Virus record (IMG/VR): IMGVR_UViG_3300045049_000339 | Span: 32,001-96,000 of that record | DNA length: 64,000 bases | Direction: 5' to 3' (one strand) | Source of the DNA: a virus | Shown here: positions 52,042 to 60,855 of the stretch, piece by piece | How positions within the stretch are numbered: the stretch's first letter is position 1 | Layout of the letters: every line of letters starts with the position of its first letter | Position numbers and translations under genes: made by a program | Notes under the pieces: model-generated | The model's input: only the letters and a program-made list of their open reading frames with translations | Told to the model about the DNA's origin: nothing | Databases searched by the model: none

Positions 52042-55000
52042 TTACGGGCGAATACCCGTCATCTGGTACAGGCGGTTCCAGGCAGCTTCCCGCTGCGCAG
52101 GGTCCGGGTTGTTGCGGGCCTCCTGCTGGAGAGCCTGCATAAGGGCCATCTGAGTACGCTCCGCGTTCTCAGCGACGGACGTGGCTGCCACCGGCACACC
52201 ACTGGCCGACTTGTTGGCCATGCTCTTCTGCATCGCGAGGCCCTTGAAAGGCGCCTCACGAGGGTCTGGAATGTCAGCGAGCGCGTTGAGGCGCTTCTGC
52301 TGCTTCTTCAAAATCTTCTGCTGATCGGCGATCTGCTCCAGAAGCGGGGCGGTCGCCTCCGCGACGATGCTCTTCAGAACCTCCGGGTCGAAAGCAGGCG
52401 CAGGAGCCACCGGCTCCGCCTCCTTCGCCGGGTCCACGAGGACACCGTCGAGGCCAGCGGCCTCCGCAGCCTTCTGAGCCTTCGCAATCAGCTTCTGGGC
52501 CTTCGAGACAAGCTTGCTCGGCTCCTCCACGACGGCCCCCTCCGACTTACCGACGGGCAGCGGCACCGGACGCTCACCAACCGGCGCCTCGCCACCACGG
52601 CCAGGGCCGGACTGCGGGCACAGGTCCGGGAACGTCTGCGCGATGTGGTCGTGCATCGCAGCCATGGCCGACTTAGCCGCCTCACGCTCGGCGTTGCGGT
52701 AGTACGTACGCCCCATGCCCGGAGGCAGCGGCGCAGGCTCGATGACCTGGTTCTTGTTGGACGGAGACTGCTCGGCGTGGCCGTCCTTGAGGTGCGCACG
52801 GTTGAAGTCGTCCGCGCACATGTGTCCCGTCGGGACGTGACCGTCGATCGAACCCAGCGGCGCCGGAGAATACTCCGCGTGACCGCTCTCGATTCGCGTG
52901 CGACGGAAGTGCGTCGGGTTCAGCTCCATCGGCGTCGGGAAAGACCCCGGACCAGGGTGCGCGTCACGGAAGTTCTTGTACGCCTCAGCGCGGATCTCCG
53001 CGATGACCTCCGGGTCGGCACTCTTGAGGGTGACAGCGTGCTGCCACAGGCGCGTCATCTCCTGCGCCTTCTCAACCGGGTCCGAAGCGGCGGAATCGAA
53101 CGCCTTCTCCTGCCACTCGCCGACGCTCAGCATCGAAATGGCGTCGGTGGGGTAGCACTTGGCCACGTCCGCCGGGTCAAAGGCGCTGCACAGGTGATCG
53201 TGCAGCGTCGCGAGGTCGCTCGGAGCGCCCGCAGCGACGTGACGCTGAGCAGCCTTCATCGCGGCACGGTCAGGGTCGGTCGGAAGGTCCGCATCGTGCT
53301 CGAAAGCCTCGATAGCGGCGCCGTCCGGCTCCCGGTGCGCCGGAACCGGAGAAATGTTGGAAGCGGCCGGACCGACAACACCCTCACCGGGAGTCGGCTT
53401 GCCCTTCTTCTTTTTCTTCGTGATGACGGCCGACTTGGCGGCCTTCACCTTGGAATCGGCCATCGGCAGGTACCCCGGATTCTTGTCTCCGCAATTCGGG
53501 CAGAATTTCTCACCCTTGTCGAGGTCGTGGTCGCACCCGAGGCAGCGGAAATCGTGATTCTTGTTGACCGCAGGGGCACCAGCGAGGGAATTGCCGCACT
53601 CCGGGCAGAAGTTGTGCACGTCGTGCACCATCGCCCCGCAGCCCTGGCAGTGCACACGGTCCTTCTTCACCAGAAGGGCGCCGCTGAATGCCTTGTCGGC
53701 CTTCGGCAGCTTCGCGTGGCACTTGTCGCAGCGCCGCAGCTTGGAGTCCGCGTGGAAAGCGGCACCGCACTTCGGGCAGTCCTTGGAAGCCTTGACGGTG
53801 TCCGGCTCCCCATCGCCCTTCTTCGCCTTCTTCTTCTTCTTACGGCGCGCAATGACCTTGTCATCGTGCTCCGTGTGCGGAGGCTGGTGCTCCGGACCGA
53901 AAGACTCGTGCGCACCGGGGAAAGGCTTCTTACCCTTCGTGGCGTCCGGCTTCGCCTCGTCCTCTTTGGCGTCGTCCTTCGCGCCGAAAGGCTTCGCGGC
54001 ACCGTCAAAAGCGGGCTTCTTACCCTTCTTGCCCTTCTTGCCCTTCTCCAGCTCACCCTCGTCGGACTTGTTGGAGTCCATCTCCTTCTTCCAGGACTCC
54101 GGAAGCTCGGCCACGAAGGAAGGACCCTTACGACGGGCGATGCGGATGATGTTCCGCTTCAGCTCGTCGGTCGAGTAATTGCCCGGACCGGCACGGCCGA
54201 TCGAAGAGGCGGCGTCCGAGACGTCGCCAGGCGTCACAATCGGGAACGAACGGTCACGACCGGCGAAGTCAGAGGCCGGAATCTTGTCCCGGTCGACGCC
54301 GCCGCCGACGTCCGGGTCCATCTTCCGCTTCTCGACCAGCTCACCGGCTGCGACGCGCTCCTCCGCCACGGCGCGGTGCGCCAGCAACTTGGCGAGGTCG
54401 GCAGGGGAGAAAGACACAGAGACATCCTTGGGAAGTTCGAGGGCGATGGTCTCCCCAGGCATCGCCTTGTTCAAAACGCTGTCGACCGTGGACTGGAGCT
54501 TGTTGATCACAGCCGGGAGAGTCTCCTCGGTCGCGTCCTTCAGCTCCTTGATGACGTCCTCTGGGCCGAACAGTTCGTCTACGTACTCAGCCGCTCCGTC
54601 CGAGGCAGACTTCACAAGCTGAATACCGCAGTTCTTGTTGGCCGGACGGTCGACCAGCGAAATCTCGCACAGCTCGCCGTCGACAATACGGCCACCACGC
54701 GCGACGGAGTCACGCATGATCTTCGGCCGGGCGATACCGACCGAGTAGGCGCGCAGAACGCCCTTCTCGACCAGCGTCTTGGCGATCGGCTCCACCACGA
54801 GGGATTTCACCCACGTGGAGCCGTCCTTCTCGGTGTACGCCTCGACGCCGACACCGGCCGGGTCGCGCTGGCTGTTGTGCTGCACACGAACGTTAGCGCC
54901 CGTGGAAAGCCAGTCCTGGACGGCCTTCTGCATCCACTTCGAGTCGACGATCTGCTCGTCGGAGTCCACGGAATCGTCGGACGCCTTCCCGAGGACGTAC

Positions 55001-55098
55001 AGGTCCCCGTTGGCGTCCTTCTCGAACTTGACGATGCCGAAGGAGGCATAGGCCAGTTCATCCGACTTTGCAACTGGCTCTGTAAGGGTTGTAGCCAT
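52042..55098 (-). CDS. prohead protease / scaffold fusion with zinc ribbons
   Basis: VDSDEQIVD, NVRVQH, AYSVG, EISLVDRPAN (HK97-like protease); three double-CxxC ribbons; C-terminal coiled coil. Confidence 0.85.
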   Translation of the reverse strand: MATTLTEPVAKSDELAYASFGIVKFEKDANGDLYVLGKASDDSVDSDEQIVDSKWMQKAVQDWLSTGANVRVQHNSQRDPAGVGVEAYTEKDGSTWVKSLVVEPIAKTLVEKGVLRAYSVGIARPKIMRDSVARGGRIVDGELCEISLVDRPANKNCGIQLVKSASDGAAEYVDELFGPEDVIKELKDATEETLPAVINKLQSTVDSVLNKAMPGETIALELPKDVSVSFSPADLAKLLAHRAVAEERVAAGELVEKRKMDPDVGGGVDRDKIPASDFAGRDRSFPIVTPGDVSDAASSIGRAGPGNYSTDELKRNIIRIARRKGPSFVAELPESWKKEMDSNKSDEGELEKGKKGKKGKKPAFDGAAKPFGAKDDAKEDEAKPDATKGKKPFPGAHESFGPEHQPPHTEHDDKVIARRKKKKKAKKGDGEPDTVKASKDCPKCGAAFHADSKLRRCDKCHAKLPKADKAFSGALLVKKDRVHCQGCGAMVHDVHNFCPECGNSLAGAPAVNKNHDFRCLGCDHDLDKGEKFCPNCGDKNPGYLPMADSKVKAAKSAVITKKKKKGKPTPGEGVVGPAASNISPVPAHREPDGAAIEAFEHDADLPTDPDRAAMKAAQRHVAAGAPSDLATLHDHLCSAFDPADVAKCYPTDAISMLSVGEWQEKAFDSAASDPVEKAQEMTRLWQHAVTLKSADPEVIAEIRAEAYKNFRDAHPGPGSFPTPMELNPTHFRRTRIESGHAEYSPAPLGSIDGHVPTGHMCADDFNRAHLKDGHAEQSPSNKNQVIEPAPLPPGMGRTYYRNAEREAAKSAMAAMHDHIAQTFPDLCPQSGPGRGGEAPVGERPVPLPVGKSEGAVVEEPSKLVSKAQKLIAKAQKAAEAAGLDGVLVDPAKEAEPVAPAPAFDPEVLKSIVAEATAPLLEQIADQQKILKKQQKRLNALADIPDPREAPFKGLAMQKSMANKSASGVPVAATSVAENAERTQMALMQALQQEARNNPDPAQREAAWNRLYQMTGIRP

Positions 55099-55147
55099 CA
55101 GTCTCCCTTGGTCTGGCCACAGAGCCAGAGTTCTGCGGAATCCTTTA

Positions 55148-55369
55148 CTAGTCGTCGTCTCCCGGACCGACAGCGGTCAGCCGCCAGTTCGGAATCTCCC
55201 CTGTTTTCAACTTAGTACGCCATTTTCCGTCCTGATCCGTCCACACATATCCGTGATCGGTCAAAACGGCGTCGTACTTGATGAAAACGCGCTCACCAAG
55301 CTCTTCCAGCTTGTTGAGCGCGTCCGCGATATCCGCGAGGAGAACAGCAGCGACCTCCGAAGTGGTCAC
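55148..55369 (-). CDS. hypothetical protein
   Basis: GTGA coupling to the portal stop. Confidence 0.6.
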   Translation of the reverse strand: MTTSEVAAVLLADIADALNKLEELGERVFIKYDAVLTDHGYVWTDQDGKWRTKLKTGEIPNWRLTAVGPGDDD

Positions 55370-58300
55370 GCCTTACCCCTTTCCTGTGCTGCGTGTGTGG
55401 CGGTCGCCATACCGGTCGCCGCCTCATGCCGGTTTTGGCAATACCCGCGTGCTTGCTCAGCCGACATGTGTTCCGAGGCAACCGCCACACACGCGTCGAA
55501 ATCACCGGGCTCGCCCCAGGCGATCTGGCCGCCCGCACCCTCTTCGAACCATCGCCGAAGAGCCTCCGGATTGCCCTTGGAGCGCTTCGCGACGTCCTGG
55601 AACCCTTCCTTCGGGTACCACTCGTCACACACGTCCTCGGAGCGCACCTTGCCCTTCACCAGCGTGCACGTCCCACCCGCGCGGAACATAGAGCACGTTC
55701 CACAGGACTGCGAAGGGTCCTCGGAATGGCGGTAATCCACCTCGTCCTTGGGCACCTTGTGGCCCTTGTTGGCCGCGTCGTTGCCCTGGTGAATCTGAGA
55801 GGAGTGCGTTTCCATCCAGGGGCCGTCGTGATAATGCACACGGCCGATGTGCATCCGGATCGGCATTCCCAGGTGCTTGTAGGCAAGCGCCCGGTGGTGC
55901 CCGTCGACCAGAACAGCCCGGTCATGGCCCGGCTCCACAATGGCAACCGAAGGCTTGGGCAGGTCGCCGGACTTGATCTTGTCGGCGAAGTGCTTCACCT
56001 TGGCCTGCTGGTGATGCGACGCCCAGGAATCCTCGTCGTCGAAATCGACCAGGGCCTCCGGGACGGTCACAGGACCGGTCCACCGTGCGTGCTTGATCCA
56101 CGCGATGGACTCAGGAGGGAAATTCTCCGCCATCTGGTCATAAACGACATCTGCGGACTCCACAGGGTGCGTCGGGAGATGCATTTCTCCCTTGGCGACC
56201 TGCTGGCCCTCCACATTGTGCGGGAACTCGGTGAAACCGCCACCACCGGCTGGGTCCTGCCAGAATTCCCGGTCACCCGGCTTGATCTCGGTCCAGACGA
56301 CCTCGCCGTTGTCCATCACCCGGCGACGGCGCTGGGCGATGTCGATCGCGGTGTCCACGTCCACACCCTTGGCCATGTGCTCGGCGATGCTGGCCAGGGA
56401 GTCGTTGTCGATGTGCCTGGCCTCCCAGGAGGAGATCAGACGCCCTTTCTTGACGTGCCTTGCCAAAGCCTCGTACTCCGAGGCGATGGCGCGCTCCTCG
56501 GGAGACGATTCGGCCTTTTTCACCGGCTTTTTGCGGGCGTTGGCCTCAGCGTTCGCATGAGCGATCGTTCCAGCCCCATTGGAGCTGGAATCGGGCTTGG
56601 AAGCCGGTTTTTTCGCCGCAGGGGCCGTTTTCTTGGCCGGAGCCGAGGAATTTGCGGCCGGAGCGGTCTTTTTGGTCGCCGAGGAGGCCGTGGAGGACCC
56701 GGAAGACGGTTTTCCAGCCGTAGAAGCCGCTGGAGCCGTCTTTTTGGCTGACGGAGCTGTCTTTTTGGCCGGTGCAGCCGCCGTGGAAGCCCCAGCGGCC
56801 GGTTTTCCGGCCGGAGCAGGCCCAGAAGGCTTCTTTGCGGGCAAACCGCCGCCGGAGCCGGAGGCTCCGGACGCCACACCGCCGTCTGGAGCCGCAGAAG
56901 GCGCCACAGGAGGCGGTGGCATCTTGTCGGAGATGCCCGCAGCCCCCGCAGCACCCTGTGGAAGCGCCTGGAACACCGGACCGGAGAAGTTCTGCGTCCG
57001 CTGCGCCTCGACGGCCTCCTGAAGCGGGAACCAGCCCTGCGGAGTCGCCCAGCCGGGGTCCGAGGTCTCAGGAAGACCCCACGGCTGCAACTTCAGCTCA
57101 CCGCGCGCCTCGTCGATGGAACGAAGACCCGCACCGACCTGCGAGACCAGCAGCTTGGTGAGAACCTCCTCGTCCTTCTCCTCCTGCGTGCCCTCGAACA
57201 CGAACCGCATATCGTCCTGGCCGCAGATGACCTGGAGAATGTAGTCCATGATGTCGGCGATGAAGGTGAGCGTCGGCTTGGTCGCCTTGCGCTCCTGCAC
57301 GTCCTGCGCCATCTTCGCCATCTGTCGGGCGGCGCCCGGAGAGGTCGAGGTGGACACCTTCGGAGCGATACCCAGCTCCATCGGCTGCACGTCGAACGCC
57401 ATGCAGACCTGATTCATGACGATTTCGTCGAACTGGTCCGCCAGGTGCGCCTCGCGCTGCGGCATGACCTTGGAATCGGCCGGAAGAACGATGATCTTGT
57501 GCTTCCAGGCCGGGTCACCGGCAATCGCATTGAGCGCGTCCTGCAATTCTCGGATCTGGTTCGGCGTCATGTTGGAATTGACGCCACCCGGAGAGATGTA
57601 CACCGACGGAACGGTGCCCTCGCGGAAGTAATCGAGCTGGAAACCCTGCTTCTGAAGGCCAGCCATGACCGGAATCAGGGCACGCTCAACCGGCGGGAAA
57701 CCGTACGGCGTCCAGCGGCGAGGCACCATCGGCAGGTACAGAAGCTGATTCGCGTGCCAGGAGTTGACCTCCGAGCCCTTGAGCGCACCTACCTCGATGT
57801 CGTACTGCGACAGCAGCGTCATGTAGTCGCTGCGAGGCACTCCGTACAGGTACTGCTGGTATGCCGGGGCCGGAGGACGGGGCCTCGCGCCGTGCATGTC
57901 GAGCAGAGGACGGATTGTCGGCCCGTTGATGAGCGAAATCGAGTCCAGATTCGAGCCCAGGAGGCCCTTTTTGCTGGACTTGTCCCACTTGGAGCGGAAA
58001 AGCAGCGACAAAGCGTCGAAAACGAACACTTCCTCAAGGAACGCGTCGATGAACGTGTCCCAGGAGAAGTAATCCGGGTCCGGACCACGCAAAAAGAAGC
58101 GCATGGCCTCCGCACGGCGCTCCGCGAAGTCCTTCATCTGGCTCCGGGAGCCACGCATCGACTTCGCAGCGTCATGCGTGGGCATAATGTCCCAGTCAAT
58201 GCCGCGAATCTCGTTCTTGCGGAGCTGGATACACGCACGTGCCACCGAATACAGGTCGGCGAGGGTCCGCAACGTGTTGAAATCCGCCAGTTTCAGACCC

Positions 58301-58647
58301 TCGGAGCCGGGCTGGCCGGTCGGAAGGTTCCAGCCGACCTCGTACTCGTACAGACGAGGGTCCGGGAAGTCGCTTCCCTGCTCCGGAGCGTCCACCGGGA
58401 CCGGCAGAATCGGGCTGAACGGCCCGAAAGCGCCGTCGAGGAAGTCCTTCGGCGGCCGGGGAAGATAGGAACGGTACGCGTTCGTCCACGTACCGTCGTT
58501 TCCGCCCGTGTCGAGCTGCCGCGCCATCGGGGAAACCGACCCGAGATACCCGGTGCCGTAGCCCTCGCCGGTCGCGGCGGCAATTGAGGGGGACTGCTGC
58601 TGCCGGATGGCCTTGGCGCTCGAAATGATGGAACCGCGTCCCGGCAT
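55366..58647 (-). CDS. portal protein with long C-terminal fusion (ParB-like and HiPIP-like domains)
   Basis: VARACIQLRK, TIRPLLD, YGFPPVE, YFREGTVP, CMAFDVQPMELG, RSIDEARGEL.L.P portal motifs; later LVDGHHRALA and CGTC..C..C.EW. Confidence 0.85.
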   Translation of the reverse strand: MPGRGSIISSAKAIRQQQSPSIAAATGEGYGTGYLGSVSPMARQLDTGGNDGTWTNAYRSYLPRPPKDFLDGAFGPFSPILPVPVDAPEQGSDFPDPRLYEYEVGWNLPTGQPGSEGLKLADFNTLRTLADLYSVARACIQLRKNEIRGIDWDIMPTHDAAKSMRGSRSQMKDFAERRAEAMRFFLRGPDPDYFSWDTFIDAFLEEVFVFDALSLLFRSKWDKSSKKGLLGSNLDSISLINGPTIRPLLDMHGARPRPPAPAYQQYLYGVPRSDYMTLLSQYDIEVGALKGSEVNSWHANQLLYLPMVPRRWTPYGFPPVERALIPVMAGLQKQGFQLDYFREGTVPSVYISPGGVNSNMTPNQIRELQDALNAIAGDPAWKHKIIVLPADSKVMPQREAHLADQFDEIVMNQVCMAFDVQPMELGIAPKVSTSTSPGAARQMAKMAQDVQERKATKPTLTFIADIMDYILQVICGQDDMRFVFEGTQEEKDEEVLTKLLVSQVGAGLRSIDEARGELKLQPWGLPETSDPGWATPQGWFPLQEAVEAQRTQNFSGPVFQALPQGAAGAAGISDKMPPPPVAPSAAPDGGVASGASGSGGGLPAKKPSGPAPAGKPAAGASTAAAPAKKTAPSAKKTAPAASTAGKPSSGSSTASSATKKTAPAANSSAPAKKTAPAAKKPASKPDSSSNGAGTIAHANAEANARKKPVKKAESSPEERAIASEYEALARHVKKGRLISSWEARHIDNDSLASIAEHMAKGVDVDTAIDIAQRRRRVMDNGEVVWTEIKPGDREFWQDPAGGGGFTEFPHNVEGQQVAKGEMHLPTHPVESADVVYDQMAENFPPESIAWIKHARWTGPVTVPEALVDFDDEDSWASHHQQAKVKHFADKIKSGDLPKPSVAIVEPGHDRAVLVDGHHRALAYKHLGMPIRMHIGRVHYHDGPWMETHSSQIHQGNDAANKGHKVPKDEVDYRHSEDPSQSCGTCSMFRAGGTCTLVKGKVRSEDVCDEWYPKEGFQDVAKRSKGNPEALRRWFEEGAGGQIAWGEPGDFDACVAVASEHMSAEQARGYCQNRHEAATGMATATHAAQERGKA

Positions 58648-58660
58648 GGGCTACCCCCTC

Positions 58661-60778
58661 CTACGCAGTCTCGTACCAGCCCCAGACCGAGGAAACTCGG
58701 GCTGGAGTGAGAGTGACCTTCGAATACTGACCCGTGAGACTGATGGTGGAAACTCCATTGATCAGCTCGGTGCCGTTCGCCGTGATGTGCAGCGTGTTCG
58801 CCGAAGAATCCAGACGCAGCACCGTGATGACGTTCGGCGTCCATGCTGCCGAGATCAAGTTGATCGTCGTGCTCTGGGCCGACGCGTCCACCAAAATGGT
58901 CCGGTCGATCACCAAAACCGAGTAGGACGCTGTGCCGGATACCACCCTGGCCGGGCTGCCCTGCTGGCCATTGACGATGTTGAGGCCGGTCGGCGCTGTG
59001 ACGTTCACCGAGGACGGCGTGTACAGACCGGTGAGCACCACCGTGCCCAGCGCCGCATTCAGCGCCACACCGTTGTTGCGGTCCGTGAAGGTGGGACCGG
59101 CAATTTCGGTGTCGATGTTGGTGAAGATCCACGGTCCGATACCGGATGAACCGGCGCCGACGATATTCATCACGTTCGTGCACGCCTCGATGGAAGCCTG
59201 CTGAATCGTGATGGCGTGAGTTGCTCCGACCGAGCTGAAATAGCTGCCGACAGGGCACAGCCCCGACCAACAATACAACACACAAAGCCTGTCGCAAACA
59301 AAATGCTCTGTGGCAAAAATTCCGAACGTGTATCCGCCGTGGCACGACACGTTCTGAGCCCTGTTGTTGTCATTGTTGCCGGACGCTGGCATCAGCAGCC
59401 CGATCACCAGACCTGCCGCGAAGTTGCTTGGCGTCTGGTAGTCATTGGCGGCAACCGAACCGGTCGTTCCGTACGCGAAGTTCTCTAGATTCGCCTCCGC
59501 CACGCCCGAAAAGTCGGCGGCCGTGTAGCCGATACCGTCGCGCGTGTGCGTGGTGAGGATGCTCAGATTCCGGAGCGTGATCAGTTTGTTATCAAAAACC
59601 GATCCCGACGTGCCGTACCCATTGGTCTGGGTCGGACCACCGATGACCGATGGATTGCCGTTCGCGTTGATGTTCGTCGTCTGCGCCGAAGGGGAGGCGA
59701 ACGCGCCGAAGCTCACCAGCGTGGAGCCGTTGAGCTGCGGGTTGTTCTGCTGCCAGTGCTGCAATCCCGCGCCGTTGCCGACGCCCTCGATGGTCAGGCA
59801 GACCTTGTTCGCCGACGTAGCAACCGGAGCCCCGAGCGTGATCTGAGCGTTACCGAGAGTCGGGGAACCCGTTTTGAGTGCGCCGCCGATTCCGTAGAAC
59901 AGCCCCGAGCCGATCGGAACCGACACCACGGCGCTCCCATGGGCCGTCGCATACGTGAGCGCCGCGTTCACGGCCGCCTGAATGGCCGCCGTGTCATCGG
60001 TCGCCCACATCACCAGCGCACCGCTCACGGCCCCGCCAGAGGCGTTCGCGAGGGTGAGCGTGACCTGGGTGGCGGACTGGTACGAGGCAATGGTCGTCAC
60101 CAGCGTCTGCACGCCGGTCGCGCCAGCGCCCTTCACCATGATGACCTTGCCGACGTCCGTGGAAACGAACTTGCCCGAAGCGGACGTGAGGACGGCGGAC
60201 GCCGAAGACATCGCACCGTCAAGTACGAACTGACCGTCGCCCTTGGCGCCGTAGGACGCGCTGGTGACATCGAAGGTATAGGCGTTCGTCCCGGCGTGGG
60301 AATCCACGTACGCCTTCGTCGCCGCGTCCGTGGAATTGACCGGCGTCGGAACGATCACTTCCGCGTTGAAGGTGTTGGTTCCCGTCCACGTGTTGTTCGT
60401 GGACAGACCGCCATACGCGATAACGGTCGGCGCCACCTCGTACTGCGCCAGAGACGCCAGATTCACCGTGCCGGTACCGGTCGGCTGAATGTAGTACGTC
60501 ACATACGTCGTGTACGGCTTGTTCTGGTCCAGCAGAATCTGCTCGGTCACCGCGTACGACCAATTCGTAGGCGTCACACCAGCCGTGTCGGTCGGAATCA
60601 GGTGCACCGTGAACACACCGTTCACGATCTGCGCCACAATCGGGATCTGCGGCAGAATCACCGCACCCGAGGCGTCCACCAGCTCCGCGTTCGGCGTGAA
60701 AGTGATCTGGCCCCGCGCACCGTTACCGGACGCGTCGAAGAAAGAACCGGTGAGCGTGCAGGTAGCAGGAAACGCCAT
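58661..60778 (-). CDS. pectate-lyase-like beta-helix virion protein
   Basis: FDVTSASYGAKGDG, TDDTAAIQAAV, PVNSTDAATKAYVD fibre motif. Confidence 0.75.
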   Translation of the reverse strand: MAFPATCTLTGSFFDASGNGARGQITFTPNAELVDASGAVILPQIPIVAQIVNGVFTVHLIPTDTAGVTPTNWSYAVTEQILLDQNKPYTTYVTYYIQPTGTGTVNLASLAQYEVAPTVIAYGGLSTNNTWTGTNTFNAEVIVPTPVNSTDAATKAYVDSHAGTNAYTFDVTSASYGAKGDGQFVLDGAMSSASAVLTSASGKFVSTDVGKVIMVKGAGATGVQTLVTTIASYQSATQVTLTLANASGGAVSGALVMWATDDTAAIQAAVNAALTYATAHGSAVVSVPIGSGLFYGIGGALKTGSPTLGNAQITLGAPVATSANKVCLTIEGVGNGAGLQHWQQNNPQLNGSTLVSFGAFASPSAQTTNINANGNPSVIGGPTQTNGYGTSGSVFDNKLITLRNLSILTTHTRDGIGYTAADFSGVAEANLENFAYGTTGSVAANDYQTPSNFAAGLVIGLLMPASGNNDNNRAQNVSCHGGYTFGIFATEHFVCDRLCVLYCWSGLCPVGSYFSSVGATHAITIQQASIEACTNVMNIVGAGSSGIGPWIFTNIDTEIAGPTFTDRNNGVALNAALGTVVLTGLYTPSSVNVTAPTGLNIVNGQQGSPARVVSGTASYSVLVIDRTILVDASAQSTTINLISAAWTPNVITVLRLDSSANTLHITANGTELINGVSTISLTGQYSKVTLTPARVSSVWGWYETA

Positions 60779-60855
60779 TCGACCGGCCCTCCTTCGGGAA
60801 AAGGAGAGGCGCCCCGGAAACCGGAGCGCCTCCCCACTTGCTCAGCTATGCGGCA

